Of a stretch of 64,000 nt of DNA, positions 1-9,594 are shown piece by piece. Numbering within the stretch: position 1 is the stretch's first letter; each line of letters opens with the position of its first letter. The notes beneath the pieces are model-generated. The model saw only the letters and a list, made by a program, of their open reading frames with translations, was not told the origin of the DNA and ran no database searches. This stretch comes from an uncultured Sutterella sp. (lineage in GTDB: Bacteria; Pseudomonadota; Gammaproteobacteria; Burkholderiales; Burkholderiaceae_F), in NCBI GenBank assembly GCA_900315045.1, contig OMXR01000004.1:26136-90135 (forward strand), in the 5' to 3' direction. Position numbers and translations under genes: made by a program.

Positions 1-99
1 GGCTTGAAGGACGGCGACAGGGTTTGCATCAACCAGATTCAGCGGCTCAAGCCCGGGCTTGCGCTCGCCCCCACGTTGGCTGACGCTCCTCAAAAGTAA
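1..99 (+). CDS. RND efflux periplasmic adaptor (membrane-fusion protein), 3' end only; the gene starts left of the window
   Basis: Frame 1 reads ...GLKDGDRVCINQIQRLKPGLALAPTLADAPQK and stops at TAA 97-99, 22 nt before the RND permease start. Position and tail are typical of MFP C-termini. Only 32 codons are visible. Confidence 0.45.
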   Translation, partial: GLKDGDRVCINQIQRLKPGLALAPTLADAPQK

Positions 100-121
100 T
101 CACTGCCGGAGACAAAGCGCC

Positions 122-3100
122 ATGCTCAGCCAATTCTGCATCCGACGTCCCATCTTCGCGACAGTGCTCTCGCTGCTGATTCTGCTTGCCGGCTTCGTTG
201 CGCTTCGCGTTCTCCCCCTTTCCCAGTATCCGAAGATCTCGCCTCCGACCGTCTCGGTCGTCACGCAGTACGAAGGCGCCAATGCCCAGACGATCGCCCG
301 TACCGTCGCAGCCCCGATCGAAGACCAGCTTTCCGGCATTGAAGGCCTCATCTACTACACCACAAGCGTGCGCGCAAACGGCGACGTGCGCATCCAGTGC
401 ACCTTTGAAGTCGGCACCGATCCGAACGACGCGGTTCTGGAAATCAACAACCGCGTGCGCACCGCGGAAAGAACGCTGCCGGAAAAGGTGCGCCAGTACG
501 GCGTCACGGTGAGAAAGCGTCCCGAAGAAACCATTCTGATGATCGCGTACACGTCTCCGGACGGCTCGCTCACGCCCACGGAACTGGCCGACTACGTGCT
601 GCTCAATGTGGTTGACTACATCAAGCGCCTGCCCGGCATTGGCGACGTGAATGTTTTCGGCAATACGCAAAGCGCCATGCGCGTCTGGGTCGATCCCCAG
701 AAGATGGGCCAGCTCGGCGTCACCGTGTCCGACGCCGTGAAGGCCATTGAAGACAAGAACGAGCAGCGCGGCGCAGGCCGCATCGGCACCTCCCCCACTG
801 CCGGCAACCAGCAGCTCTTCTACACCACGACGACCCGCGGCCAGCTGCTCACGCCCGAGGAGTTCGGCGGCATTGTCGTGCGCGCCGACGAGACGGGAAA
901 AATCGTGCGCCTGCGGGACTTTGCCCGCACCGAAGTCGGCAAGCGCAGCTATGAGTTCCTCAATGTCTTTGACGACAAGCCCGGCATCACCGTGGGCGTG
1001 TATCTGCAGACCGGCGCCAATGCCGTAGCTGCGGCCGAAGCCACCAAAAAGGAGCTTGCCCGCCTTGAGAAGTTCTACCCGAAGGGCGTCGAGCACACCA
1101 TCACGGACGATACGACGGTCTTCGTGAAGGCATCCCTGAAGGAAATCTACAAGACCCTGGGCGAAGCCGGCGTGCTCGTGCTCCTAGTCGTTTTCCTGTT
1201 CCTGCAGAATCTGCGCGCCACGCTGATTCCCATGCTGGCCGTACCGGTTTCCCTTATCGGAACCATGGCGGGCCTGTGGCTCTTTGGCTTCTCCCTGAAC
1301 ACCATGACGCTGTTTGCCATGGTGCTTGCGATCGGCATTGTCGTTGACGACGCCATCGTGGTACTGGAAAACATCGAGCGCCTGATGCGCACCAAGGGCT
1401 ACTCGCCCTTCAAGGCCGCGCAGGAAGCCATGAAGGAGGTGTCCGGCGCCCTGGTGGCCATCGTGCTTGTTCTGACCGCCGTGTTCATCCCCGTTGCATT
1501 CCTTGGCGGCATCGCGGGCGAGCTCTACCGGCAGTTCGCCGTCACGATTGCCGTGTCCGTGGCGCTTTCCGGCTTTGTCGCCCTGACGCTCACGCCCGCG
1601 CTTTGCGCCGTCATTCTCAAGGAAAGACCCGAGAAAAAGAATCCCTTCTTCCGGGCCTTTGACAAGGGACTCGCCCGCTTTACGCTCGTGTATCTGCAGC
1701 TTGTCAAGGCTGCGCTCAAGCACCGCTTCATCTCGGCCCTCATTCTCCTTGGCACCATCGCCGGCTGCTGGTACATGCTGCAGATCACGCCCGGCAGCTT
1801 TGTCCCTGCCGAAGACCAGGGACTGGTGCGCATGGCAACCAGCCTGCCTGAGGGCTCGGCCTTCTCCCGGACGGACGCGGAAACCGACAGGCTCTCAGCG
1901 CGCATCAAAAAGGAAATTCCCGGCCTGGACAGCCGCCTTGTGATGAAGGGCTTTGACACGCAGGGCAGCGACATCCGCCCAGGCGTGGCTACGTTCATTC
2001 TCAAGCTCAAGCCCTGGGATGAGCGCAAGGAGACCGCCTTTGAGATCCGCCGCATGCTGCAGAAAATCGCAAACGACTCCACCGAGTCGGTTTCCGTTGC
2101 CGCCATGCCGCCCTCGATCCGCGGTCTGGGCAGCTCCAACGGCTTTGCCGGCTACATCGAAGCCCATGGCAATGACGATGTCCTCGCTCTGCAGCAGGTG
2201 ACCGACGATTTCCTCAATGCCCTGCGCAAACGCCCGGAGATCACCGGACTGCGCAAGTTCATCCGGGCCGACGCCCCGATCATCCGCGTCAATCTGGATG
2301 AGGAAAAGGCAATGCGCCTCGGAATCAGCAACGATGACGTCTACGACACCCTGATGGCCATTTTTGCGGGCGACTATGTGAACGACTTCACCCGCAACGG
2401 CCGCATCTACCGCGTGTATCTGCAGGGGGACGCAAAATACCGCATGACCCCGGAGGACCTGGGCAAGTGCTACGTGCGCGCCCGCAGCGGCCAGATGGTG
2501 CCCCTGGGCTCGCTGATCACGACCGAGCGCATCTCCGGAGCCGACACCATCGCGCGCATCAACGGCTACATGGCAAGCCAGTTCATGGGGCAGGCCGCCC
2601 AGGGCACAAGCTCGGGCGAAGCCATCCGCCTGGTCGAGGAAATTGCCGAGCAGGTGCTGCCCGAAGGCTATGCAATCACCTGGACGGGACAGGCCTGGCA
2701 TGAAAAGCGGATCGGCTCTTCCTCGGTCATCTCCTTTGTCTTCGGCCTGGTGATCGTGTTCCTGATTCTGGCCGCGCTCTATGAGCGCTGGTCGCTGCCC
2801 GTTGCCGTGGTGATGGCCATTCCCTTCGCGCTGCTCGGGGCCCTCGCATCGCTCTGGATCCGCTCGATGCCGAACGACATCTACTTCCAGATCGGACTGC
2901 TGGTCCTCATTGGCCTCACGGCCAAGAACGCCATTCTGATCGTGGAGTTCGCCGCGCAGCGCATGGCCGAGGGCATGGGGCCGTTCGATGCCGCCATCGA
3001 GGCCGCCGGCCTGCGTCTTCGCCCCATCCTCATGACTTCGCTCGCGTTCGTTCTGGGCGTGCTGCCGATGGTGTTTGCGACCGGCGCCGGCGCCAACGCG

Positions 3101-3229
3101 CGCCGCTCCATGGGCACGGGCGTGTGCGGCGGCATGCTCTTTGCCACATTCATTGCGACAATCTTCGTGCCTGTGTTCTTCACCTGGTTTGCCAAGCGCA
3201 AGGCGGGCGGCAGAGACCGGACGGAATGA
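122..3229 (+). CDS. RND (AcrB/HAE1-type) inner-membrane multidrug efflux permease
   Basis: The 1056-aa ORF contains MLSQFCIRRPIFATVLSLLILLAG, the typical AcrB N-terminus, so I place the start at ATG 122. The length, the 12-TM pattern and motifs such as AIGIVVDDAIVV fit the family. No outer-membrane factor gene follows. Confidence 0.92.
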   Translation: MLSQFCIRRPIFATVLSLLILLAGFVALRVLPLSQYPKISPPTVSVVTQYEGANAQTIARTVAAPIEDQLSGIEGLIYYTTSVRANGDVRIQCTFEVGTDPNDAVLEINNRVRTAERTLPEKVRQYGVTVRKRPEETILMIAYTSPDGSLTPTELADYVLLNVVDYIKRLPGIGDVNVFGNTQSAMRVWVDPQKMGQLGVTVSDAVKAIEDKNEQRGAGRIGTSPTAGNQQLFYTTTTRGQLLTPEEFGGIVVRADETGKIVRLRDFARTEVGKRSYEFLNVFDDKPGITVGVYLQTGANAVAAAEATKKELARLEKFYPKGVEHTITDDTTVFVKASLKEIYKTLGEAGVLVLLVVFLFLQNLRATLIPMLAVPVSLIGTMAGLWLFGFSLNTMTLFAMVLAIGIVVDDAIVVLENIERLMRTKGYSPFKAAQEAMKEVSGALVAIVLVLTAVFIPVAFLGGIAGELYRQFAVTIAVSVALSGFVALTLTPALCAVILKERPEKKNPFFRAFDKGLARFTLVYLQLVKAALKHRFISALILLGTIAGCWYMLQITPGSFVPAEDQGLVRMATSLPEGSAFSRTDAETDRLSARIKKEIPGLDSRLVMKGFDTQGSDIRPGVATFILKLKPWDERKETAFEIRRMLQKIANDSTESVSVAAMPPSIRGLGSSNGFAGYIEAHGNDDVLALQQVTDDFLNALRKRPEITGLRKFIRADAPIIRVNLDEEKAMRLGISNDDVYDTLMAIFAGDYVNDFTRNGRIYRVYLQGDAKYRMTPEDLGKCYVRARSGQMVPLGSLITTERISGADTIARINGYMASQFMGQAAQGTSSGEAIRLVEEIAEQVLPEGYAITWTGQAWHEKRIGSSSVISFVFGLVIVFLILAALYERWSLPVAVVMAIPFALLGALASLWIRSMPNDIYFQIGLLVLIGLTAKNAILIVEFAAQRMAEGMGPFDAAIEAAGLRLRPILMTSLAFVLGVLPMVFATGAGANARRSMGTGVCGGMLFATFIATIFVPVFFTWFAKRKAGGRDRTE

Positions 3230-3241
3230 CGGAGGTGCATC

Positions 3242-4009
3242 ATGGGCAATTCCTCTGACAAGCGCGCCTTCGGCGGCATTGAGCGGGTCTACGGCCCGGA
3301 AGGCTTTGCAAGGCTCCAGGCCACCCACGTGTGCGTCGTGGGACTTGGCGGCGTCGGCAGCTGGTGCGCGGAAGCGCTTGCCAGAAGCGCTATCGGGGAG
3401 CTCACGCTGATCGATGGCGACACGGTTGCCGAGAGCAATCTCAACCGGCAGCTTCCGGCCCTCCGATCCACGCTGGGCAAGCCCAAGGCTGCCGTGCTTG
3501 CCGAGCGGTTCCGCGAGATCAATCCGCAGGCGCGCATCACGGAGCTTGTTGCCTTCATCAGCAAGGAAAATCCGGGCGCCCTCATCCCGGATGATGCGAT
3601 CATCGTTGAAGCCATTGACGACATGCAGGCCAAGGCAGCTCTCATTGCCTGGGCAAGCAGAGCGAATCGCACGATTTTCGTTGCGGGCGGCGCAGGCGGA
3701 AGAATCGATCCAGGGCGGGTGCGCACCGGCGACATCGCCAGGGCCAAGGGCGACCCCCTGCTCTCAAGGCTGCGCACGACGCTGCGCAAGGAATACGGAT
3801 TCCCGGCTGGCTCAGCCGATCCCAAGCGCGTGAAGCCCTTCGGCATCACCGCCGCCTTCACGGACGAGCCAATGCGAGGCTGCGCGCCCGGCTGCTCCAT
3901 TCCCCAGAATGCGGGCTACGGCACGAGCTCGGCCATCACCGCGACGCTCGGCCTGCGGCTTGCCTCGCTAGCAATTAACCGAATCGTGGGCGTGTACGAA
4001 GCCGGGTAG
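3242..4009 (+). CDS. tcdA: tRNA threonylcarbamoyladenosine dehydratase (ThiF/MoeB-like E1 fold, TcdA/CsdL type)
   Basis: FGGIERVYG..., the VCVVGLGGVGSW nucleotide-binding loop and DGDTVAESNLNRQ match TcdA-type ThiF-family proteins. A GGAGG sits upstream of the ATG. Confidence 0.8.
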   Translation: MGNSSDKRAFGGIERVYGPEGFARLQATHVCVVGLGGVGSWCAEALARSAIGELTLIDGDTVAESNLNRQLPALRSTLGKPKAAVLAERFREINPQARITELVAFISKENPGALIPDDAIIVEAIDDMQAKAALIAWASRANRTIFVAGGAGGRIDPGRVRTGDIARAKGDPLLSRLRTTLRKEYGFPAGSADPKRVKPFGITAAFTDEPMRGCAPGCSIPQNAGYGTSSAITATLGLRLASLAINRIVGVYEAG

Positions 4010-4047
4010 CGCGGATGCGGCGCATTGCGCCGCACCGCTTGCATGTC

Positions 4048-5454
4048 CTACGGAACAAACCTTTCGGCCTCGGGACCGCTCGTGTCGGTCACGATCACCT
4101 GATAGCCAAGCCCTTCCAGATAGGGCCTTGCCTTTTCAGTCGCGATGAACCTGCCGCCCTTGCCGAAAATCCTGCCGTCCTTCATAACAGTCTTGCCGTC
4201 GACGATCGTCTCGACCGCCTTCTGGCGCTCGTAATCGAAGATCGTGATGTCGGCCACGGCTCCAGCCGAGAGGTGTCCGCGATCGGCAAGCTTCAGGTGC
4301 CGGGCCGGGTTGACGGACGTCTTCACCACGAACTCGGGCAGCGTGATCAGCCCGAAGCGAACGAGCGACAGTCCGGTGGAAATCGTCACATTGCGCGGAA
4401 TGCAGCCGCCGTCCGTACTGATGGCGTCTACGACAAACGCGCCATTGTCGCGCTTGGCGCCGGCAATCACAAAGCGGGAAAGCGCAGGATTCACCGGGAA
4501 CGATCCGGCCGTCTTCGTGCCCATTGCAAGGAAGTATTCGACGGCCGGCTCGCCCTCGATGAGATCGGAGTGATCGCCAAAGTCCTTCACGACAAAGAGC
4601 TTGTGCGCCCGGATGCAGTCGATTTCCCCTTGCTTCGTGGGCGGGAAGCCGTACGTGGCAAGGCAGGTCTGCGTCACATGGTCCGTCACGTCCCCGGCCT
4701 CGTTGCACGTGAGCACGGTGCCGTTCATCTGCGAGACGTAGCTCTCGCACCAGATGTTGGGATGCGTCTTGAGCAGTTCGATCGCTTCGAGCGCCTCGTC
4801 CAGCACGGGATTCACGCGCCCTCGGCAGTAGGCGTTGATGTGCGCAAGATGCAGCCTGTAGTCGCCGACGACATCGATCACCTCGCGAACGCCCTTGATG
4901 TTGGAGCCGGCGGTGTGCGTTCCCGCATGCCAGGCAACGTAGGCCCCGGCTTCATTGCACAGGCGGATGACATCGGCGCAGGTTGCGAGCGGCATCGGCC
5001 AGTGCCCGCCCATGATCTTCAGTCCCAGCGCTCCGTGCTTCTGAGCCTGCTCAATCGCTTCAAGGATCTGCTCCTCACTCGGCGTTTCCGTCCCGAAGAT
5101 CTTCTTGGGCTCAAACCCCGAGAGCATCGCCACATTGATTCCGGGACCGACATCCTTGAGGTTGCCGGCAATCTCGTCAATGGGCCCGGCCATGTCAAGG
5201 CACGTCGTCACGCCTGCCAGGGCCGCCATGCGCGTTCCGTATGGCGAGCCGAACATGCTGCCCAGGTGCAGGTGCGAGTCGATGAGGCCGGGCATCAGCG
5301 TGAGCCCGGAAGCATCGTCGCACTGCGCCGCATCCCCCGGAAGATCCTTGCCGACCGCGGCAATGCGGCCATCCTTGATGGCAACATCGCCGATGCCGTA
5401 ATACCCGTTGACGGGGTCGACAACCGTTGCATTTCGAATCAAACGATCAAACAC
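4048..5454 (-). CDS. Metal-dependent amidohydrolase family protein (dihydroorotase/deacylase-like), substrate unknown
   Basis: The N-terminus IRNATVVDPVNG...DVAIKDGRIAAVG...PGLIDSHLHL carries the HxH metal motif. GTG start at 5454 lies 5 nt after AAGGAGG. Confidence 0.8.
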   Translation of the reverse strand: MFDRLIRNATVVDPVNGYYGIGDVAIKDGRIAAVGKDLPGDAAQCDDASGLTLMPGLIDSHLHLGSMFGSPYGTRMAALAGVTTCLDMAGPIDEIAGNLKDVGPGINVAMLSGFEPKKIFGTETPSEEQILEAIEQAQKHGALGLKIMGGHWPMPLATCADVIRLCNEAGAYVAWHAGTHTAGSNIKGVREVIDVVGDYRLHLAHINAYCRGRVNPVLDEALEAIELLKTHPNIWCESYVSQMNGTVLTCNEAGDVTDHVTQTCLATYGFPPTKQGEIDCIRAHKLFVVKDFGDHSDLIEGEPAVEYFLAMGTKTAGSFPVNPALSRFVIAGAKRDNGAFVVDAISTDGGCIPRNVTISTGLSLVRFGLITLPEFVVKTSVNPARHLKLADRGHLSAGAVADITIFDYERQKAVETIVDGKTVMKDGRIFGKGGRFIATEKARPYLEGLGYQVIVTDTSGPEAERFVP

Positions 5455-5706
5455 ATCCGCCTCCTTGATTTTTCGTCACCAGACGGATCCGAGCATACTC
5501 CGGGTGCGCCGGTGAGGCACCGCCCTCCGGGAGAAAATCCTCCATGTCTTGCGCAAAGCGGGACTGGAAAGACCGAGCGGGAATCCCTCTTTGCCGATCG
5601 CCGCTTTTTTGTGCAGCGCCTAACCATCACAACTCGTTTTTGTCCTAAAATGGAGCGGTTAAGGGATAGGTCATTTATCCTGCATGCAACCTAAGGAAGT
5701 TACCGT

Positions 5707-6141
5707 ATGTACAAACGTCTTCTGGTTCCCACCGATGGCTCCGAGCTTGCAACCGAGGCCGTGCGCGGCGCTGTGCGCTTTGCCAAGCCCATCGGCGCAA
5801 GTGTTGTGCTGATCACCGTCATGGAGCCCTACAGCTACACGTCCTTGTCCGAGTATCGCCCGGAATCCATCGAAGACTATGACGAGCGCATGCGGGAGAC
5901 CGCCGAGGAGAACCTGCAGGCTGCAAAGAAGCTCTTTGACGAAGCCGGCATCGCCGCCGAGACCATGGCCGTGAAGTCCTTCTCTCCCGCGGAAGCCATC
6001 ATCAACGCAACCCAGGACAAGAACTGCGACTGCGTGTTCATGGCCAGCCACGGCCGCAAGGGGCTTGCCGCCGTGCTTCTGGGCAGCGAAACGCAAAAGG
6101 TGCTGACGCACTCGCGCGTTCCCGTGATGGTCTACCGCTAA
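5707..6141 (+). CDS. Universal stress protein (single UspA domain)
   Basis: MYKRLLVPTDGSELA...CDCVFMASHGRKGLAAVLLGSETQKVLTHSRVPVMVY is a classic USP pattern. Confidence 0.88.
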   Translation: MYKRLLVPTDGSELATEAVRGAVRFAKPIGASVVLITVMEPYSYTSLSEYRPESIEDYDERMRETAEENLQAAKKLFDEAGIAAETMAVKSFSPAEAIINATQDKNCDCVFMASHGRKGLAAVLLGSETQKVLTHSRVPVMVYR

Positions 6142-6173
6142 AGCCATCGTCCCAGCCGCTTTTCATTCATTCC

Positions 6174-6212
6174 GAGCAGGGAACCTGATGCGTCAGGCTC
6201 CCCGCTCTTTTT
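6174..6212 (+). terminator. Rho-independent terminator-like compound hairpin after the USP gene
   Basis: GAGCAGGG-AA-CCTGA-TGCG-TCAGG-CT-CCCCGCTC followed by TTTTT. It ends only 27 nt before the next start codon. Confidence 0.6.
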
Positions 6213-6238
6213 AGATTCATCTTTTTGGAGATTTTCCC

Positions 6239-6622
6239 GTGGCCGATCTTGACCAGATGCAGACCGAAATGGATGCGAACAACCTGTACACCGAAGAAAT
6301 CGTGACCGATCGGAAGATCGGCACCATCCGGGTTCTGACGCCCATTACGGCCACCGGCGCCCGCGACGCCGAGCGCCCTCTGATTTTCACCGGCGAAGTG
6401 CAGATCATGACCCAGATGGGGCCGCTGCCGATCGCCTTTGAAATCCCCGGAGAAACCGTTGCCGAAGCCGTTGCAAACTACGGGCAGGCCGCACGGGACG
6501 GCGTCAAGAAGACGTTCGAGCGGATGGAAGAGATGCGCCGCGAAGCCGCCAACAAGATCGTCACTCCGGGCGACAAGGGCTTTTCGATGCCTCCCACGGG
6601 CGGCCGCATCCAGATGCCCTAA
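6239..6622 (+). CDS. Conserved-looking small acidic cytoplasmic protein, function unknown
   Basis: 127-aa ORF with a GTG start 8 nt after GGAG (alternative ATG at 6257). There is no signal peptide or TM segment, and I recognise no family. It ends 28 nt before the kinase-fold gene. Confidence 0.55.
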   Translation: MADLDQMQTEMDANNLYTEEIVTDRKIGTIRVLTPITATGARDAERPLIFTGEVQIMTQMGPLPIAFEIPGETVAEAVANYGQAARDGVKKTFERMEEMRREAANKIVTPGDKGFSMPPTGGRIQMP

Positions 6623-6650
6623 CTGAAGCGACAAAACAAAGGAAGTACCC

Positions 6651-7310
6651 ATGGGAAAAGCCTTCACTCGTGCCGACCTGCCGAACCTGCAGTCCAAGCT
6701 GCTGCGCGACGGGCATGTGTTCAACGCCGTGGTCAGTCTGGTCGTCGGACCGGACGGCCGCCGCTGGACAGTGAAGGACTTTTCCTCCCGCCCCTGGTAC
6801 GTGCGGCTTGTGGCCCGGCTCCTGCTCTCGCACGAACTGACCATTCTCTCGCGCCTCAAGGGCATTGACGGGGTTGCCGAAGAATCCTTTCGCATCGACG
6901 GAAATTCCCTTGCCATCCTCTTTCAGGAGGGTGAGGTCCTGGCGAACATCCAGCCCGAGCGCGTGACCGCGCAATACCTGCTCAAGCTCGAGGAGCTCAC
7001 AAGGGAAATTCACCGTGCGGGCGTCGTGCATCTTGACATGCGCACCTACTCGAATATTCTGATTCGTCCGGACGATACCCCTGCAGTCATTGACTTTCAG
7101 GCGGCACAGACCACCTGGTGGATGCCGTCGTTCCTGCGCAAAAAGCTCGAGGACATCGACATGTCGGGCGCATACAAGAAATGGGAGAGATTCCAGCCCG
7201 GCCTCATGGGAGAGGAGCGCAAGAGGGAGCTCGTCCGAATCAACAAGTTGCGCGATCTCTGGGTGATCCGCGGATACTTTGGCGCGCACGTGAAAAAAGA
7301 GAAACGCTAG
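6651..7310 (+). CDS. Minimal protein-kinase-fold protein (Kdo/WaaP/RIO-like small kinase family), substrate unknown
   Basis: WTVKDF (putative catalytic Lys), HRAGVVHLDMRTYSNILI (HxD...N catalytic-loop analogue) and VIDFQ (DFG analogue) all occur within a 219-aa protein. Confidence 0.5.
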   Translation: MGKAFTRADLPNLQSKLLRDGHVFNAVVSLVVGPDGRRWTVKDFSSRPWYVRLVARLLLSHELTILSRLKGIDGVAEESFRIDGNSLAILFQEGEVLANIQPERVTAQYLLKLEELTREIHRAGVVHLDMRTYSNILIRPDDTPAVIDFQAAQTTWWMPSFLRKKLEDIDMSGAYKKWERFQPGLMGEERKRELVRINKLRDLWVIRGYFGAHVKKEKR

Positions 7311-7351
7311 AAGCGCGTTTTTCCTTCCAGCCCGAACCGGGCACCGATGAC

Positions 7352-7388
7352 AAAAAACCGACGAGGCTCATCACCCAGTCGGTTTTTT
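7352..7388. terminator. Bidirectional intrinsic terminator between the kinase-fold gene (+) and rpmG (-)
   Basis: AAAAAACCGAC ... GTCGGTTTTTT: 7-bp GC core with an A-run on one side and a T-run on the other. Confidence 0.65.
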
Positions 7389-7415
7389 GCTTGATCGATC
7401 AAAGGAATGTTCGAA

Positions 7416-7583
7416 TTAACGAAGCTTCGTTTCCTTGAACAAGACGTGCTTGCGAGCAACCGGATCGAACATGTTGCGCTCGAGCTTGCCCGTGGACGTC
7501 TTCTTGTTCTTCGTCGTGGTGACGAAGTAGCCGGTGCCGGCCGTAGATTCCATCTTGATCTTTTCGCGAGGTCCCTTTGCCAT
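7416..7583 (-). CDS. rpmG: 50S ribosomal protein L33
   Basis: Not in the ORF track (55 aa). My manual translation gives [55 protein letters not shown], with stop TAA at 7416-7418. It lies directly downstream of rpmB. Confidence 0.93.
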   Translation of the reverse strand: MAKGPREKIKMESTAGTGYFVTTTKNKKTSTGKLERNMFDPVARKHVLFKETKLR

Positions 7584-7597
7584 GGTTCAATCTCCTA

Positions 7598-7831
7598 TTA
7601 GATTTCGCCGCGGGCGCGGAGATCCGCGAGAACCGCATCGATACCAACCTTATCGACAGTGCGAAGACCAGCCGTCGTCAAACGCAGGCGGACCCAACGG
7701 TTTTCACTTTCAACCCAAAAGCGGCGGTACTGCAGATTCGGCATGAAACGACGCTTGGTCTTGTTGTTCGCGTGCGAGACTTGATGGCCGACCATCGGCG
7801 CCTTGCCGGTGACTTGACACACTCGTGCCAT
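7598..7831 (-). CDS. rpmB: 50S ribosomal protein L28
   Basis: [34 protein letters not shown]... is the canonical L28 sequence. Confidence 0.95.
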   Translation of the reverse strand: MARVCQVTGKAPMVGHQVSHANNKTKRRFMPNLQYRRFWVESENRWVRLRLTTAGLRTVDKVGIDAVLADLRARGEI

Positions 7832-8123
7832 CGCTAACTCCCGTAAAAATAAAGTTAAAAACGCTTCACGCCTCGCCTACTGAAGGCGTGAGCGCGAAAT
7901 TCAGAAAGACGGCGATTATACGACAAAAAGAAACCTCTGCCAAGTCCATCAGCAAAAGTTCCTCTGTCCGCGGAAAAATCTGAGCATCAGCAGACCGTCC
8001 GCTTTTTCGCGGAGCGGCATTCTACACGGATTTGCGCGGCTGGCAACCCCCGCGAGCCCCGAAAGGTGGACGCAGTCTAAAATACGGGACTCATTGATTT
8101 TTCATCCGAACAATTCTCATCCC

Positions 8124-9065
8124 ATGCAGGTCATCCTAGCCCAGCCGCGCGGCTTTTGCGCCGGCGTCACGCGCGCGATCGCCATCGTCGAACGGGCGCT
8201 CGCCGTGCACGGCGCCCCCATCTTCGTGCGCCACGAAATCGTGCATAACAAGACCGTGGTTTCCGATCTGAAGCGGCGCGGAGCCGTCTTCATTGAAAAG
8301 CTTGAGGACGTGCCCGACGGTGCCACGCTCGTGTTCTCCGCCCACGGCATCCCGAGAAGCGAAGAGCTGCGCGCAAGAAGCAGAAACCTGACGATTTACG
8401 ACGCCACCTGCCCGCTCGTGAAGAAAGTCCACCGCGAAGTCGTGCGCATGCATCAGCAGGGCAAATCCATCATCATGATCGGCCACACCGGACACCCCGA
8501 GGTTGAAGGCACGATGGGACAGATCGACGGAGGCATCCAGATCGTGCAGAACGTGAGCGACGTCATGGCGCTTGACGACATTCCGGGGCCCGACTGCGCC
8601 TACGTTTCCCAGACCACGGTCTCGGTGGACGACGCCAAGGAGGTGATCGATGCGCTCCGGAGCAAATTCCCCGGGATCATCGAACCCAAAAAGAGCGACG
8701 TGTGCTACGCCACGCAGAACCGCCAGGATGCCGTGAAGAACCTTGCCCGAAATGTCGATCTCATCCTCGTGATCGGCTCCGTGACAAGTTCCAACACCAA
8801 TCGTCTGCGCGAAGTGAGCGAGCGCCAGGGCGTGCACGCAAGGCTGATCGACTCGGCAGAGAACATCGATCCCGGGTGGCTTGAGGGCATCGAGTCGGTC
8901 GGCATCACGGCCGGAGCCTCGGCCCCAGAAACGCTTGTCGACGGCGTCGTGCGCTATCTGAAGGCGCATTTTGACGTCACCCGCGTGAGCGAACTCGGAG
9001 AAAAGGAAAACCGCGTGGCCTTCCCGATGCCCAAGGGACTCTGGGACAGCGACATCAAGAACTGA
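8124..9065 (+). CDS. ispH: 4-hydroxy-3-methylbut-2-enyl diphosphate reductase
   Basis: MQVILAQPRGFCAGVTRAI...HEIVHN...ATCPLVKKVH...VCYATQNRQ carries the IspH Cys ligands. I place the start at ATG 8124 rather than the upstream TTG. Confidence 0.95.
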   Translation: MQVILAQPRGFCAGVTRAIAIVERALAVHGAPIFVRHEIVHNKTVVSDLKRRGAVFIEKLEDVPDGATLVFSAHGIPRSEELRARSRNLTIYDATCPLVKKVHREVVRMHQQGKSIIMIGHTGHPEVEGTMGQIDGGIQIVQNVSDVMALDDIPGPDCAYVSQTTVSVDDAKEVIDALRSKFPGIIEPKKSDVCYATQNRQDAVKNLARNVDLILVIGSVTSSNTNRLREVSERQGVHARLIDSAENIDPGWLEGIESVGITAGASAPETLVDGVVRYLKAHFDVTRVSELGEKENRVAFPMPKGLWDSDIKN

Positions 9066-9070
9066 TTTTT

Positions 9071-9583
9071 ATGAGCAAGACAGCAAAACACGAAAGCGCA
9101 ACGCCGGCAACCGAATGGCTCAAGCGCAACAAGGTGCCCTTCGGAGAGCATTCCTACGAATATGTCGAGCATGGCGGCACGAGCGTCTCAAGCGCAGCTC
9201 TCGGCGTTGACCACCACAGCATGATCAAGACGCTCATCATGGAGGACGAAAACAAAAAGCCCCTCGTGATCCTGATGCACGGCGACCGTGAGGTCTCCAC
9301 GAAAAACCTCGCAAGGCAATGCGGCAGGAAGTCGATTGCCCCCTGCAAACCAGAGCAGGCCCAGCGCAATTCTGGCTACCAGGTGGGCGGCACGAGCCCC
9401 TTCGGCACGCGCAAGGCCATGCCGGTCTTTGTCGAGTCGACCATTCTGGACATCCCGACGATCTACATCAACGGCGGACGCCGCGGATACATCGTTTCCA
9501 TCCCGAGCCGCGTGCTTGTCGACGTCCTCAAAGCAACCCCCGTGCGGGTCGCCATTGACGGCGCAACGCGCCATCAGCCCTAA
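9071..9583 (+). CDS. ybaK: Cys-tRNA(Pro)/Cys-tRNA(Cys) deacylase, YbaK/EbsC family
   Basis: It is YbaK-like over the full length (…KTLIMEDENKKPLVILMHGDREVSTKNLA…GYQVGGTSPFG…IYINGGRRG). Confidence 0.82.
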   Translation: MSKTAKHESATPATEWLKRNKVPFGEHSYEYVEHGGTSVSSAALGVDHHSMIKTLIMEDENKKPLVILMHGDREVSTKNLARQCGRKSIAPCKPEQAQRNSGYQVGGTSPFGTRKAMPVFVESTILDIPTIYINGGRRGYIVSIPSRVLVDVLKATPVRVAIDGATRHQP

Positions 9584-9594
9584 GGAGCACACGT

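Noticed and set aside
5455-5706. A possible riboswitch in the 250-nt GC-rich leader of the amidohydrolase gene (CCCGGAGGGCGGUGCCUCACCGGCGCACCCGGAG...). I compared it mentally with the guanidine-III, glycine, ZTP and fluoride motifs.
   Set aside because: There are only loose fragment resemblances. None of the consensus cores (for example CACCGAAGGGGCAA for glycine, or the pfl pseudoknot) is present, and I cannot fold a convincing conserved architecture by eye. A covariance-model scan (Rfam/Infernal) would be decisive.
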